From NCBI RefSeq assembly GCF_009914755.1, contig NC_060926.1: DNA of 64,000 bases; one strand, written 5' to 3'. The notes below the pieces were generated by a model that ran no database searches, had not been told where the DNA came from, and saw nothing but the letters and a program-made list of their open reading frames with translations. The position numbers and the translations under genes were made by a program. Below are positions 1 to 13,250 of the stretch, in pieces (the first letter of the stretch is position 1; every line of letters starts with the position of its first letter). This DNA comes from the human T2T-CHM13v2.0 reference genome, Homo sapiens.

Positions 1-185
1 AAAGCGGAAGCCCCTGATAAACCCGTCAGATCTTGTGAGACTTACTCACTATCATGAGAATAGCATAGGAAAGACCAGCCACCATGATTCAATTACCTCT
101 CTCAGGTCCCTCTCACAACACATGGGAATTCTGGGAGATACCATTCAAGTTGAGATTTGGTTGGAGACACAGCTGAACTGTATCA
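1..185 (-). mobile_element. THE1A-like MaLR LTR, 5' part (runs off the window start), in a NUP35 intron
   Basis: Reverse complement reads TGATACAGTTCAGCTGTGTCTCCAACCAAATCTCAACTTGAATGGTATCTCCCAGAATTCCC..., matching the THE1A LTR start. Confidence 0.8.
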
Positions 186-609
186 CATGCTGATACTGGA
201 ATGTATCTATTATATATTTTTTGGGATTAAAAAACATAAAAATAACACATGAGCTCCTTGAAGGAAGAAAGGTGCATAGTAAATGTTTAGTGGATTTTAT
301 GTATTCAATTTATTTAAAATTAAAAATTCAAAAGGTATGTAAGAATGTACAATGAAGTTTTCCCTTTTGCTTTTGTCCCAAGCTAGTTTTCCTCCTCTTT
401 AAGGCAGTGATTGCCATCTGTTTTTTGTGTATGTTTCCAGAGAGATTTTATGTGTTATTGATTTCTATTTGGGTAAAAAGCGGGTCATTGCATTCCGTTG
501 TTCTCTAGAAAGTCCATACTCAGTCCTATATCCATAGCAATTGGGCTGGTGTGTTTTTTTTCTTCTTCTTCTTTTACATTTACATTTTTATAGTCTCTCA
601 TAAAATGGC

Positions 610-848
<239 letters not shown>

Positions 849-1367
849 TAGATAAATTACTTGAAGCACTCCTAGTATTTTTTCGTATTTCAGACATTAA
901 CTCTCCCAGCTGTTTATTTTTTTACTTTCGTGTTTTAATAACCCTCTATGACTTTAATTTCAAGAACTGAAGCATTCTCCTTTAAGGGATAAAGTATTTT
1001 ATTTTGATCATTTATGGGGAAGTACCTCTAAAGGATGCATTATATATGTTCTTTCTTTGGTAGTTTAACTTTTTCCTACTGACTTAGGGTTATGAAATAT
1101 TCATTGTTTTGGGTGATTCTGCTATAGAGTACTAGAATGTAAGTTTCTACTCAAAGTGGTCCAAGAGTTTTAGAATTATGTTTTATTTCTTAAGTACTTC
1201 CCTCACTTGCAGCCATTCTTTCTTCTTTTCATTTTTGTTTGATCTCTGCTCTGTAGGCACCCAACCTATTTGTTGTTTTTCTTTGTGGTTAGAAATTTCA
1301 TGTCCAGATTTTATACAAATGAATTTTCAGTTCTGATTGCAGTGAATATTTTACTCATATAGATTTT

Positions 1368-1675
<308 letters not shown>

Positions 1676-2474
1676 TCACATAGATTTTTAATGTGTTTGG
1701 TTTCTGATTTATTTTTGAGACTCGAATTTTTTTTTTTCTTTAGGGTTCTAATTCAGTCTTCAGATAACTGAAGTTAGATAGCCATTTCTATGCTATTGGT
1801 AGTGGTTATTGTTTTCAAATTGAAAACAGCTTTATTGTTAAGACTATAAAAGAATAATATGTCATTGTAAAATATCCAAACCATACAGAACTTTATAAAG
1901 AAGAAAGTAAAAATTACTTAGAATTTTCTCATGCAGAGATATGGCTAATCAAATTTTGGTAACTGTCCTTTTAAGTGATTCTATACCATAAATATTTTGA
2001 TGCTGAATTTTCTCTTTGTTATGATACTAAATTTCAGAATTTTTAAGTGATGCTCAATGTATAATGATTCGTTTATAATTTAAAATTCTTTATCTTTTCA
2101 TAACCGTAGTATACCTAAATATATTACATATTAACATACACATATTGAAATAAATTATATATAGAACTGCAACTTTATAGTTTTTTTTCTAAGACCTGGA
2201 TAATGGCAACGAGAGTAGCATTTTTAGAGATTTCAGAGGTAGAATCTGAGGATGGAGAAGAATGGCAGGATAAGACTAACTTTAAGGTATTTGCTTTTGA
2301 GTGACTAGTCACTGACACAATTAGCCCATATCGGGGAAAACAGGATGATCAGCACTCTCCTGTTAACGTTCTAGACAGTTGGGGGCCATTTATCTTGAAA
2401 CATTATCTTGTAGTAATTTGCATTCACATTGATAGTAGAAGCTGACGTTTTCTTTGGACAACTCTTTTTTTCAG

Positions 2475-2544
2475 GTTTCCTCAAGCATCTGCTTCCTACA
2501 TATTACTACAATTTGCACAGTATGGGAATATCTTAAAACATGTG
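2475..2544 (+). CDS. NUP35: NUP35 internal coding exon (70 nt): (G)[26 protein letters not shown] domain
   Basis: Polypyrimidine tract with TTTCAG acceptor ending 2474, GTAAGG donor at 2545; peptide recognised as Nup35/Nup53 RRM; ends in phase 0 matching the next exon. Confidence 0.95.
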
Positions 2545-3316
2545 GTAAGGCTTAATTTTTTTCAGTTCAGAGTTTTGACTAAAGAGGGATAAGTTGTGAA
2601 TTGAGAGAAACTGCTTCTGAATTTTGTGGGTTTTTTTTAAACTTAAATTTTTTTTTGAGTTTTGATATAATACATCCTTTGAAGTCTGGAAGGCTGGAAG
2701 TTGCCTAATTTTTGATAAAAAGAGATATAGTGAGAAGATATGGAGAAGTGAGAGTTTGAAAATCCACCTCCTCTCACCTCCTTTCTTAAACAGTTTACAG
2801 TCTTAAAAAAGATAGATTATGCCAAGTATTATATTACTGTTTTCCAATTTGAGCTGCTTTTATTGGGGATAAAAGAAGTAGGAGGCAGTTCCTGAGCTTT
2901 TAGAGTTTTTAGAGCTTTATAGCTCTAAAATTTAAAAAATTATCTTACCTTGTGCTACAAGTTATAAGTAACAAATCCTTTTTTGTTGCTAGAGATTGAC
3001 TTAACTCCTATACAAAATCAAATTGAGTAGTTTTAAATAACTTTATGGCAAGTGTTGCTTTGATCTCTTTACAATAAACATTATATTTTGAGAAGTATCT
3101 TACTTTCAGAGAATATGTACATGTTGATTGTAGAGAATTGAGAGATTGTTGAAGCTGTTCTAAATACGATTTTTGTTGAACTTTACAGCTTTTTACAAGG
3201 CATCAAATACGGAATGGAAGTAAATTTATCTTACCATGTTCCTATTTTCTAGTAGAATTCATTAGATGTAGATTTTATATATTTTCTATTTTAAGAGACA
3301 GTTTTATTCTTTGCAG

Positions 3317-3445
3317 ATGTCTAATACAGGAAATTGGATGCATATTCGTTATCAATCTAAACTGCAGGCTCGGAAAGCCTTAAGCAAAGATGGGAGGATT
3401 TTTGGAGAATCCATCATGATTGGTGTAAAACCATGTATTGACAAA
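3317..3445 (+). CDS. NUP35: NUP35 internal coding exon (129 nt): [43 protein letters not shown]
   Basis: TTTGCAG acceptor ending 3316, GTAAGT donor at 3446; 43 open codons; conserved NWMHIRY motif of the Nup53 RRM. Confidence 0.96.
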
Positions 3446-4521
3446 GTAAGTTATTGGTGATGTAGGCAAAGTAGCTTAATCTATATGAAGAGCACAAGAC
3501 CAAGGATTGAAATTGGTCGTTGTGTCACTTGGTTTCACTGTGTCTGTTTTTCTTAGTTTGTAAAATGTGATGATGTTTATAGTACTCTTTGTGGTAAGCC
3601 GAAGGTATTTAATCATAGAGTTTAGAATTTAGAGGTAATCTGTCCTCACCTCTTCATTTTTCAGATAAAGAAACTGAGAGGGCTTAAGTAACTTGTCCAG
3701 AGTTGTTAAAGGTGAGGCCTAGATTTTAGGTCTCTTGACTACTAATCCATTCTCTTTCTTGTGCAAAGCGATACCAGATTCTTTAAAGTACTTAAATGGA
3801 ATGGTACTATTTCAGAATGAATTAGTTCATATTAACATTAACTGATAGTTAACTTTTAAATGTCAAAGGTTTTCGTTTCAAAATATTTCTGTTTAAAACT
3901 ATTTTAAAATTATTCTATATATACTCATTAAATAGTACAGAGTACAATTTAAACTGTTCTTTGTGGCTTGTTAAATCATTGTGAACATTCTTTAAGTATA
4001 TGTGAACTTGTACTACATTCCAGGCATTGTGCTTGGTGCTAGTATACACACATTAATGAACAAAGCAAGATGTGGTTCCTATTCTTAAAATCTGTTATAT
4101 CAGTGTAGTTATATAGTTATAATACTGTGCTGTAACAAATGTTTGCAGAGGCCAGAAGAATATTTGGGGTAACTAAGTGCTAAATAGCATTGGAGTTTGA
4201 TTCTTTCCAATCCAGGTTTCCCTAAGAATTTTTTTGTCCTTGCTGATTTTTCATAGTGTTTTAGGAAATTCTTATTTTTGTGGTCTATAGTTGTATTGAG
4301 ATTGTTTGAGGTCACTGAAGTGAGATTTCTGGCTGAGCATTCAATCTCAAATGCTACCTAAGAAGCAAATATTTTCTCAAGCCTAAAATTATTTGCAAGT
4401 TTAATTAGAGCAAATAAAGTATTTCATCTTTATCTTTTAATTAAATTTCCTAAGTAGGATGTAATACTGGATGATATGTATTATGTTTATAAACAAAGGA
4501 GTTATTTCTTTGTTTCTCCAG

Positions 4522-4686
4522 AGTGTTATGGAAAGCAGTGACAGATGTGCTTTATCATCTCCATCTTTAGCCTTTACACCACCAATCAAAACTCTAGGTA
4601 CACCAACACAACCTGGAAGTACTCCTAGGATTTCTACCATGAGACCTCTTGCTACAGCATACAAAGCCTCTACTAGTGATTATCAG
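4522..4686 (+). CDS. NUP35: NUP35 penultimate coding exon (165 nt): [55 protein letters not shown]
   Basis: TTTCTCCAG acceptor ending 4521, GTATTT donor at 4687; 55 codons, S/T-P rich; lies within ORF 4471..4695. Confidence 0.95.
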
Positions 4687-5419
4687 GTATTTTAAGGATT
4701 GGATAAAAAAAGATGTACTTTAATGGCTGAGTGCATAGCATGCTTAACTTTTTCATTGTATTGATTTGTATGCCATTAAATGTTTCCTGTGGAGGCTATT
4801 ACCTTGATGAAACCTTTACGCTTTAAAAGTTTTCTGCTTTAAAGTTAACATCTTGGCCAATTGGAAAGTTATCATGAATTAAAAAAAAAAATTTATTTGC
4901 CATTCCTTTAAATTTTTTGAAAGTTGTTTTAGCTTTTTCTAAGTTATATTTGCATACATACGAAATGTATCCTGTGTGCATCTTTGACATGAGGGCGCAT
5001 TAAAACTCTATTAAATTGATGACTAAATTGATGGTATCCAAAGTGCAGAACCTTAGGTTGGAGTAGCTTTGGTTATTTAAATGAAGACATTGACCAACCT
5101 CCAGACAGAAAAAAATTTCTCACTTCAAAAAAGCTTAAAGAAGTTAATTATGTTCTTTGAAGAATGGTAGAAGTATTATGATCTCATTCAGTATATTATT
5201 GTCTCCTACTGACTAGCCAAGTGTTCGAACTTAACCAGCTGCAGAAACAGGTCCTGAAACACACAGTACATGAAACACTTGTGCTTTAGTAGGGCAGATA
5301 GTGGTAGTTCAGTTTTTTGACTTCCTCTGAAATTTGGAGATTATTCTAGAACTGTTTTTTTCTTTAGGTTCTATTACTGTTATTTTAAATTTCCCATTCA
5401 GTGCAGCTTTTGTTATTCA

Positions 5420-5712
<293 letters not shown>

Positions 5713-5834
5713 ATTCAATTTTCTAATTTAAGAAACAGATGTTATTTGCTTTGCCAAAGGAATAAAATTTTGGCATTCTTAAAAGCATAAGGATATTCTA
5801 AGTCCATATTTTAATTTTAAAAATATACAATTCA

Positions 5835-5960
5835 GGCCGGGCGCAGGGGCTCATGCCTGTAATCCCAGCACTTTGGCAGGCTGAGGCGGGCGGATCACGA
5901 GGTCAGGAGATCGAGACCATCCTGGCTAACACGGTGAAACCCCGTCTCTACTAAAAATAC
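5835..5960 (+). mobile_element. AluY-like left arm only
   Basis: GGCCGGGCGCAG...GGATCACGAGGTCAGGAGATCGAGACCATCCTGGCTAACACGGTGAAACCCCGTCTCTACTAAAAATAC, then no right arm. Confidence 0.9.
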
Positions 5961-6087
5961 AAAAATTTACAATTTAGTGCTATAAATGCATTTTGGTGTT
6001 TCTCTTTTAAATGAGCAATTCTAGAATTGCCTATGACACTGAAGTAACAATAACCTAACCGTTTTTTTTGTGTGTGTTTTTTAATAG

Positions 6088-6165
6088 GTTATTTCTGACA
6101 GACAAACGCCAAAAAAAGATGAAAGTCTTGTATCCAAAGCAATGGAGTACATGTTTGGCTGGTAG
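6088..6165 (+). CDS. NUP35: NUP35 terminal coding exon: VISDRQTPKKDESLVSKAMEYMFGW-stop (C-terminal amphipathic helix)
   Basis: TTAATAG acceptor ending 6087; 25 codons, then TAG at 6163-6165 and a second in-frame TAG at 6166-6168; C-terminus recognised as Nup35. Confidence 0.95.
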   Translation, partial: VISDRQTPKKDESLVSKAMEYMFGW

Positions 6166-6716
6166 TAGAACACCAAGAAGGAGGTTGCTACACTAAAACA
6201 GAGTTAGCAGAGTGCTGCTGGTTCCTTCGGTTAGTTATATAACTGTTCCTGCAGTATTGGATAGCTATCTCATACTTCTTTTAGAAAGAAGCCTTTTTCA
6301 TTAAGGATACAACCTATTTGTAGCTCGCACTTTAAAAGATGCTTGAGATACATTTTAAAGAAAACTAAAAATCCCTGTAAATAGGATTTTGTGCTTTCTG
6401 TAACAGTGCATGCTTCAGCACAGAAAACTCAGCATTGATTATTGTAAATTAAATAACTGAAATTGTGGTGAGACGTCATAGTCTTCATGAGAACGTGGGG
6501 GTGAATTTCATGAAGGGGAACTATAGTTATTTCTACCGACACAAATATTATAATTAGCAATTTGAATTATGGTCTTTTAATTTAGATAGTATTTAATATT
6601 TTAATTATCCTTGTTTGTATATGTCCTGTCACAGAGTGTCCTCTTGGTGTATTCTAAAACGAGCATTCTTTTAAAAAACCTAAAGTTTCTTGATAATAAA
6701 CATTGTCAATGATATG
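6166..6716 (+). other. NUP35: NUP35 3'UTR (3' end approximate)
   Basis: Unique AT-rich sequence between the stop codon and the AATAAA signal / MSTB boundary. Confidence 0.75.
6695..6700 (+). terminator. Polyadenylation signal AATAAA of NUP35
   Basis: First canonical AATAAA I found after the stop; followed ~15 nt later by a GT-rich tract; a weaker ATTAAA lies at ~6448. Confidence 0.75.
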
Positions 6717-7090
6717 TGTATTAGTCTGTTTGCATTGCTATAAAGGAGTACCTGAGGCAGGATAATTTATTAAAAATAAGAGGTTTATTTGGCTCAGGGT
6801 TTAATTGGCTTGTAGCTGTACAAGAAGCATGATGCTTTACTTGTGGAGGAAAGTAAAGAAGAGTGAGCATATCACATGGTGAAAGAGAGGAAGAGAGCAG
6901 GAAGAAGGAAGTTCTAGACTCTTTTTAATAACCAGATCTCACATGAACTCATTACTGCAGGGAGGACACCAAGCCATTCATGAGGGATCTGCCCCCATGA
7001 TCTAAACATCTCCCACTAGTCCCCACTTCCAACATCGGGGACCATATTTCAACATGAGATTTGAAGGGGACAGATATCCAAATGATATCA
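6717..7090 (-). mobile_element. MSTB-like MaLR solo LTR
   Basis: TG...CA termini; perfect 5-bp TSD ATATG (6712-6716 and 7091-7095); reverse complement starts TGATATCATTTGGATATCTGTCCCCTTCAAATCTCATGTTGAAAT. Confidence 0.85.
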
Positions 7091-7353
7091 ATATGTATTG
7101 AACATTTTTTGAAAGGGTGATTTATTATAAAAAGCTTTAAGTATTCATTGAAAGAGAAAATATGTATGAACCACTATATACCAGCTTTAATTACCATTAA
7201 ATTTTGCCATACTTGTTTCTTTTCTTTCCCTTTTATTTTGTTTAAAGCACATCCCAGATAAGATGTCATTTTACTCTAAATACGTGAGGATATATCAAAA
7301 AAGAATATTTCTACATGGAATTACAATGTCAGTATCCCATTGAACATAATTAA

Positions 7354-7627
<274 letters not shown>

Positions 7628-8079
7628 AGTATTACTAAGTAATACTAAGGAATGTACTGGCATGAATGAAGATTCATTTATAAAGTATATTTTCATCTGA
7701 AAACTTTTACATTGAAGTCTTTTTCTTCCAGTTTAGGATTATATTTTATATCCTATTTCATAATGTGCAGAACTCAATTATTCAATATAGAACTGGCTAC
7801 TAAATTCCATTTTAAAAGTCGTGCATTTGTATTTGAATTAATACACATTTTATTAAAAGGGTTGTTTATTGGAGGGGGTGTTTTATTTATTTGCATAGGC
7901 CTTCATGGACTGTGAAGTTTGCTTTTGGGCTAAAAATATTTGTTTGCTATATTTTGTTATTTCTCTTGGTATCATATCTTACCCATCTTTGTATCTGTCA
8001 TTTATTTTAAAAGATCCAGGAAAATTTCAGAAAGCGAGCTGTCCTATTTTTGAACACTATATAAAAACAACAAAAATGG

Positions 8080-8970
8080 AATATCTGTGATGTTAGGAAA
8101 GTTACCCTGAACTAAGCCTCCTTTTAAAAGCTCAGAGAAGCTGACTTCAAAAAAAATAACGTGAAACTATAATCATGCAAGTTTGTTTAAAAAAAAAAAA
8201 AAGAGTATAAGGAAGAAAATAACATCCCTGTAGACATTGAAAGCACACCAGAAAGGCATGCCCATAAATGGATAGAAGCTATAGAGTAGTACTTAAAATT
8301 GAGTTTTAAGACATTTAGAAAATGATACAAGATATGAAAGAACAACAAAAATAAAATTGAAGAACTTGGGAAAATGTTAGTAATAGAGGAAAATCACTCA
8401 TAAATTAAGACTAGAATAAACAACAGCTGATGAACAACAGATATGCCCTAAAAGAAATGAAAGATAAAAATGGAGGACTTTTAGAAATCAGAAAGAAAAG
8501 AGATAAAAAGGATTAGTAGGGGTATGACAAACTCTAGAGACAGAAAAAATGCAACATACAGAACAAAATCAAATGACTACTTTGATGAAAAAAATTTGGA
8601 ACTACACATTGGAAGAGTAACCTGCCTACCTGAGATTATTATACTGGGACAACCAATGGCAATATACAAACTTTGGGTTTGACTAGACAAAAACAGCAAA
8701 TGACTTACAAGAGCAAGAGTTAAAACAGCAGCACTATGTCAGGAGGAAAAAGAATAGCCTCTTTAAGATATCTGTAGAAAGAAAATGTGAGTAAAAGATT
8801 TTGTATCTACCAAAACTGATTAAGTATAAAAATAACTCTTCAGACACTATCAGTGTGCAAGAATTCAGGAAACGTGTTTCCCTTGAGTGTGTCCTGAGGA
8901 ATGGACTAGAAAATGCACCTCCAGCAAGCTAAATGCCTAGAAAGATGACATAAAGGCTGGTGAGCATTTA
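8080..8970 (+). mobile_element. Ancient L1M/HAL1-like ORF1-region fragment
   Basis: Strongly A-rich, L1 ORF1-like wording (GAAAATGTGAGTAAAAGATTTTGTATCTACCAAAACTG); highly diverged. Confidence 0.45.
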
Positions 8971-8984
8971 ATTTTATGTTACAT

Positions 8985-9920
8985 CATGAGCAAAGTGCTG
9001 ACCAGGTTTATTGCTTGAATTGAAGCTCAGGCCACTAGGTAGCTTTTCCCTTATCACTGTCTTTCAAGTCTACTCAGGCTAATATGACAGGAGTCAGTCT
9101 TTGGTTTACAGTAAAATACCAAGCTGATTTATCTGTGAACCAAGCCTGGGGTTTTTTCCTCCTCTGTCACCTGATAGTAGTGGTGAACCCCAACGAAGCC
9201 ATGAGCTGAGGGAAAGGTGCTGGTGTCTTGGAGGTAAGTTACATGGGCCACCTTTTCATGGAAGTGGGAGCCCTAGGAATGGCTTGGGCACCATCCTGAA
9301 TGTAACATGAGTTATTACTATGCTGGTCTATTCTTTGGGTTTGGTGGATCTGACAATACCCAGCTCATGATGGATAGCTCTGGTCACATAGTTGATGTGC
9401 TCTGATGTGAGGAGCTACTCTCTAAATAGTGACTAGTTATCTGCTGCGGAAAGACTGACTGAGCTCCAGAAACCTAAAGGTCTGTGTTACGACTTACGCA
9501 ATCAGGGCTTGCCAGAGACTCTGTAGCATCCTTGTCTACCAGGAATGTCTCTGGCATCATGGGATTTGCCAGGTCATATGGCCTAAATGTCGAGTTATTT
9601 GTACTATAAGCTGGAACTTGCTCCAGAACTCCCTCACTCTGGGCCCCACTAAAATCTAAGCCACATAAGAAATGGGTCAAAGGAGTTTTCCTATCTACAA
9701 TTTGTGTTTCTAAAATCCAGAAGCTTATAAAGTGCTGTATCTCTTTTTAATGGTAGGAGGATCAAGGTGAAATAAATTATCCTTTAGTGACGGGCAGTCC
9801 TAGCATGCTCCAGACCAATGGATCCCTCATAACTTCACCAGTGTGGTTGTCCTTTGAATTTTTGTGGTTTATCTTTAACCTTCTGGAATGCATGTGACTT
9901 AGGGCATCCTGAGTACTTCC
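8985..9920 (-). mobile_element. ERVL-class internal (pol: RT connection/RNase H) relic
   Basis: ORF 9474..9680 (-) ...QSEGVLEQVPA...FRPYDLANPMMPETFLVDKDATESL resembles ERV-L pol EQEKALQQVQAA...LGPYDPADPMVLEVSVADRDAVWSL. Confidence 0.65.
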
Positions 9921-9922
9921 AG

Positions 9923-10216
<294 letters not shown>

Positions 10217-10298
10217 AGTTACTTCTTTAAAAAAATAATTTTTGTTGTGGTACAATACATATTACATTAAAATTACCATTTTAACATCCCCCCCCCCC

Positions 10299-10578
10299 TT
10301 TTTTTTTTTTGGCGACAGCGTCTCTCACCTGGGCTGGAGTGCAGTGGTGCTATCACAGCTCACTGCAGCCTCAACCTCCTGGGCTAAAGTGATCCTCCTA
10401 CTTCAGCCTCCCGAGTAGCTGGGACAACAGGCATATACCACCATGCCTGTCTAATTTGTATTTTTTAGTAGAGTTTGCCACGTTGCCCAGCCTGGTCTTG
10501 AACTCCTGGGCTCAAGTGATCTGCCTACCTCGGCCTCCCAAAGTGCAGTGATTACCAGTGAGGGCCACCGTACCCATC
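10299..10578 (-). mobile_element. AluJ-like
   Basis: Diverged antisense Alu with a T tail preceded by a C run. Confidence 0.82.
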
Positions 10579-10589
10579 TCATCTTAAAA

Positions 10590-10935
10590 CAATTTTTAAG
10601 AGATGTTCAGTGATATTACATACATTCATAATATGCAACCATCATCACTATCCATTGCCATAATTCTTTCAATCTTGCACAAATGAAACTTTATCCATTA
10701 AGTAATACCCCTCCCCTTCTCCCAGGCCCTAGCAACCACTATTCTTTCTGGCTCCAAAATTTTGACTATGCTTCCTCATATAAGTGGAATCTTGCAGTAT
10801 TTGTATTTTTGTGACTTATTTCATTTAGCATGATATCTTCAAGATTCATATATGTTACAGCATATGTCAGAATTTCCTTTTTAAGGCTGAATAATATTCT
10901 CTTGTATGTATATTACCATATTTGATTATCCATTT
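10590..10935 (-). mobile_element. L1M (MB-like) 3' end fragment
   Basis: L1M 3'UTR text: AAGTGGAATCTTGCAGTATTTG...CTTATTTCATTTAGCATGATATCTTCAAG. Confidence 0.7.
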
Positions 10936-12048
10936 TTTGATTTGTTGTACACAGCAACTAGAACAGAGGGTAAGAACACAGAATACATTAATACCTTGTC
11001 TAAGATCACATAGATAAGTAGTAACAGCAATAGGATAAAAACTTTTTTTTTTTTTTTTTTAGAATGCAGTTTTGTGGAACTGTAACATTTTGAGATTTAG
11101 GTGTTTTTAGTTTCTATTTTAGGTCCAGGAGTACATATGCAGTGTTGTTACATATGTTAATTGTGTGTTACAGGGATTTAGTGTACAGATTGTTTTGTCA
11201 CTCGGGTAATAAGCATGGTACATGATAGGTAGTTTTTCAGTCCTCTCCCTTCTCCCACCCTCCCAACTTCTGTTGTTCCCTTCTTTGTGTCCATATGTAG
11301 TCAATGTTTAGCTTCCACATTGAGTACACATGGAATGAGAACATGCAGTATTTGGTTTTCTGTTCGTGTGTTAGATTGCTTAGTATAATGGCCTGCCTCT
11401 CCATACATGTTGCTGCAAGGGACATCATTTTCTTCTTTTTTATGGCTGCGTAGTATTCCATGGAATATATGTACCATATTTTCTTTATCCAGTCTATTAC
11501 TGTTGTTGGGTATTTACGTTGATTCCATGTCTTTGCTGTTGTGAATAGTGCTGTGATGAATATATGTATGCATGTATTTTTATGGTAGGATGATTTATAT
11601 TCCTCTGGGTATATACCCAACAGTGAGGTTTCTGGGTTGAATGGTAATTCTGTTTTAAGTTCTCTGAGGAATTGCCACATTGCTTTCCACAATGGCTGAA
11701 CCAATTTACCTTCCTACCATCAGTGTGTAAGTGTTCCCTCTTCTCTGCAACCTTGCCAACATTTTTGTTGACTTTTTAATAGCCATTCAAACTGGTGTGA
11801 GATGATATCTCACTGTGGTTTTGATTTGAATTTTTGTGATTAGTGATGTTGAACATTTTTTCATATGCTTGTCAGCTGTATATATGTCTTCTTTTGAAAG
11901 GTGTCCGTTCATATCCTTTGCCCACTTTTTAATGGGGTTGTTTTTGCTTGTTAATTTAAGTTCCTTATAGATTCTGGATATTAGACCTTTGTGGGATGTA
12001 CAGTTTGCAAATATTTTCTTTAGTTCTGTAGGTTATCTATTTAATCTG

Positions 12049-12600
12049 TGTAATGGTTAATACTGAGTGTCAACTTGATTGGATTGAGGGATACAAAGTA
12101 TTAATCCTGGGTGTGTCTGTGAGGGTGTTGCCAAAAGAGATTAACATTTGAGTCGGTTGACTGGGGAAGGTAGATCCACCCTTAATCTGGTGGGCACAAT
12201 CTAATCAGCTGCCAGCAAATACAAAGCAGGCAGAAAAGGAGAGAGGCAGGCCTAGCCTCGCAGCCTACATCTTTCATCTTTCTCTTGTGTTGGATGCTTC
12301 CTGCCCTCGAACATCAGACTCCAAGTTTTTCAGTTTTGGGACTCCGACTGTCTCTCCTTGCTCCTCAGCTTGCAGACAGCCTATTTTGGGACGTTGTGAT
12401 CTTGTAAGTTAATACTTAATATACTCCCCTTTATTTATATATATGTATATATATTTATATTTATATATTTATATGTCTAATATTGTCAGTGGGGTGTTGA
12501 AGTCTCCCACTATTATTGTGTGGTTATATAGGATATATATATAGGATATATATATATCTCCTATTAGTTCTGTCCCTCTAAGATAACCCTGACTAATACA
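12049..12600 (+). mobile_element. MLT2A (MLT2A1-like, HERV-L) solo LTR
   Basis: TGTAATGGTTAATACTGAGTGTCAACTTGATTGGATTG...CCCTGACTAATACA; perfect TSD ATCTG (12044-12048 and 12601-12605); splits L1 ORF2. Confidence 0.92.
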
Positions 12601-12989
12601 ATCTGTTTATAGGTTGTTTTGTTTTGTTTTGCTGTGCAGGAGCTCTTTAGTTTAATTAGGTCCCATTTGTCAAGTTTTGTTTTTGTTGCAATTGCTTTTG
12701 GCGCCTTCGTCATGAAATCTTTGCCAGGGCCAGTATCCAGAATGGTATTGCCTAGGTTTTCTTTCAGGGGTTTTATAGTTTTAGGTTTTGCGTTTAACTC
12801 CTTAATCCATCTCAAGGTGATTTTTGTATATGGTATAAGGAAGGAGTCCAGTTTAAATAGTCTGCATATGTCTAGCCAGTTACCCCAGCACCATTTATTG
12901 AATAGGGAGTCCTTTCCCCATTGCTTATTTCTGTCAACTCTGTTGAAGATCAGATGGTTGTAGGTGTGCAGTTTTATTTCTGAGCTTTT

Positions 12990-13250
<261 letters not shown>

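Noticed and set aside
4437-4695. ORFs 4471..4695 (+) and 4437..4664 (-) as standalone genes
   Set aside because: The + ORF is a NUP35 exon with intronic flanks; the - ORF is its antisense shadow.
6163-6168. Stop-codon readthrough extension of NUP35
   Set aside because: The stop is TAG followed immediately by a second in-frame TAG, and it lacks the TGA-CTAG readthrough context.
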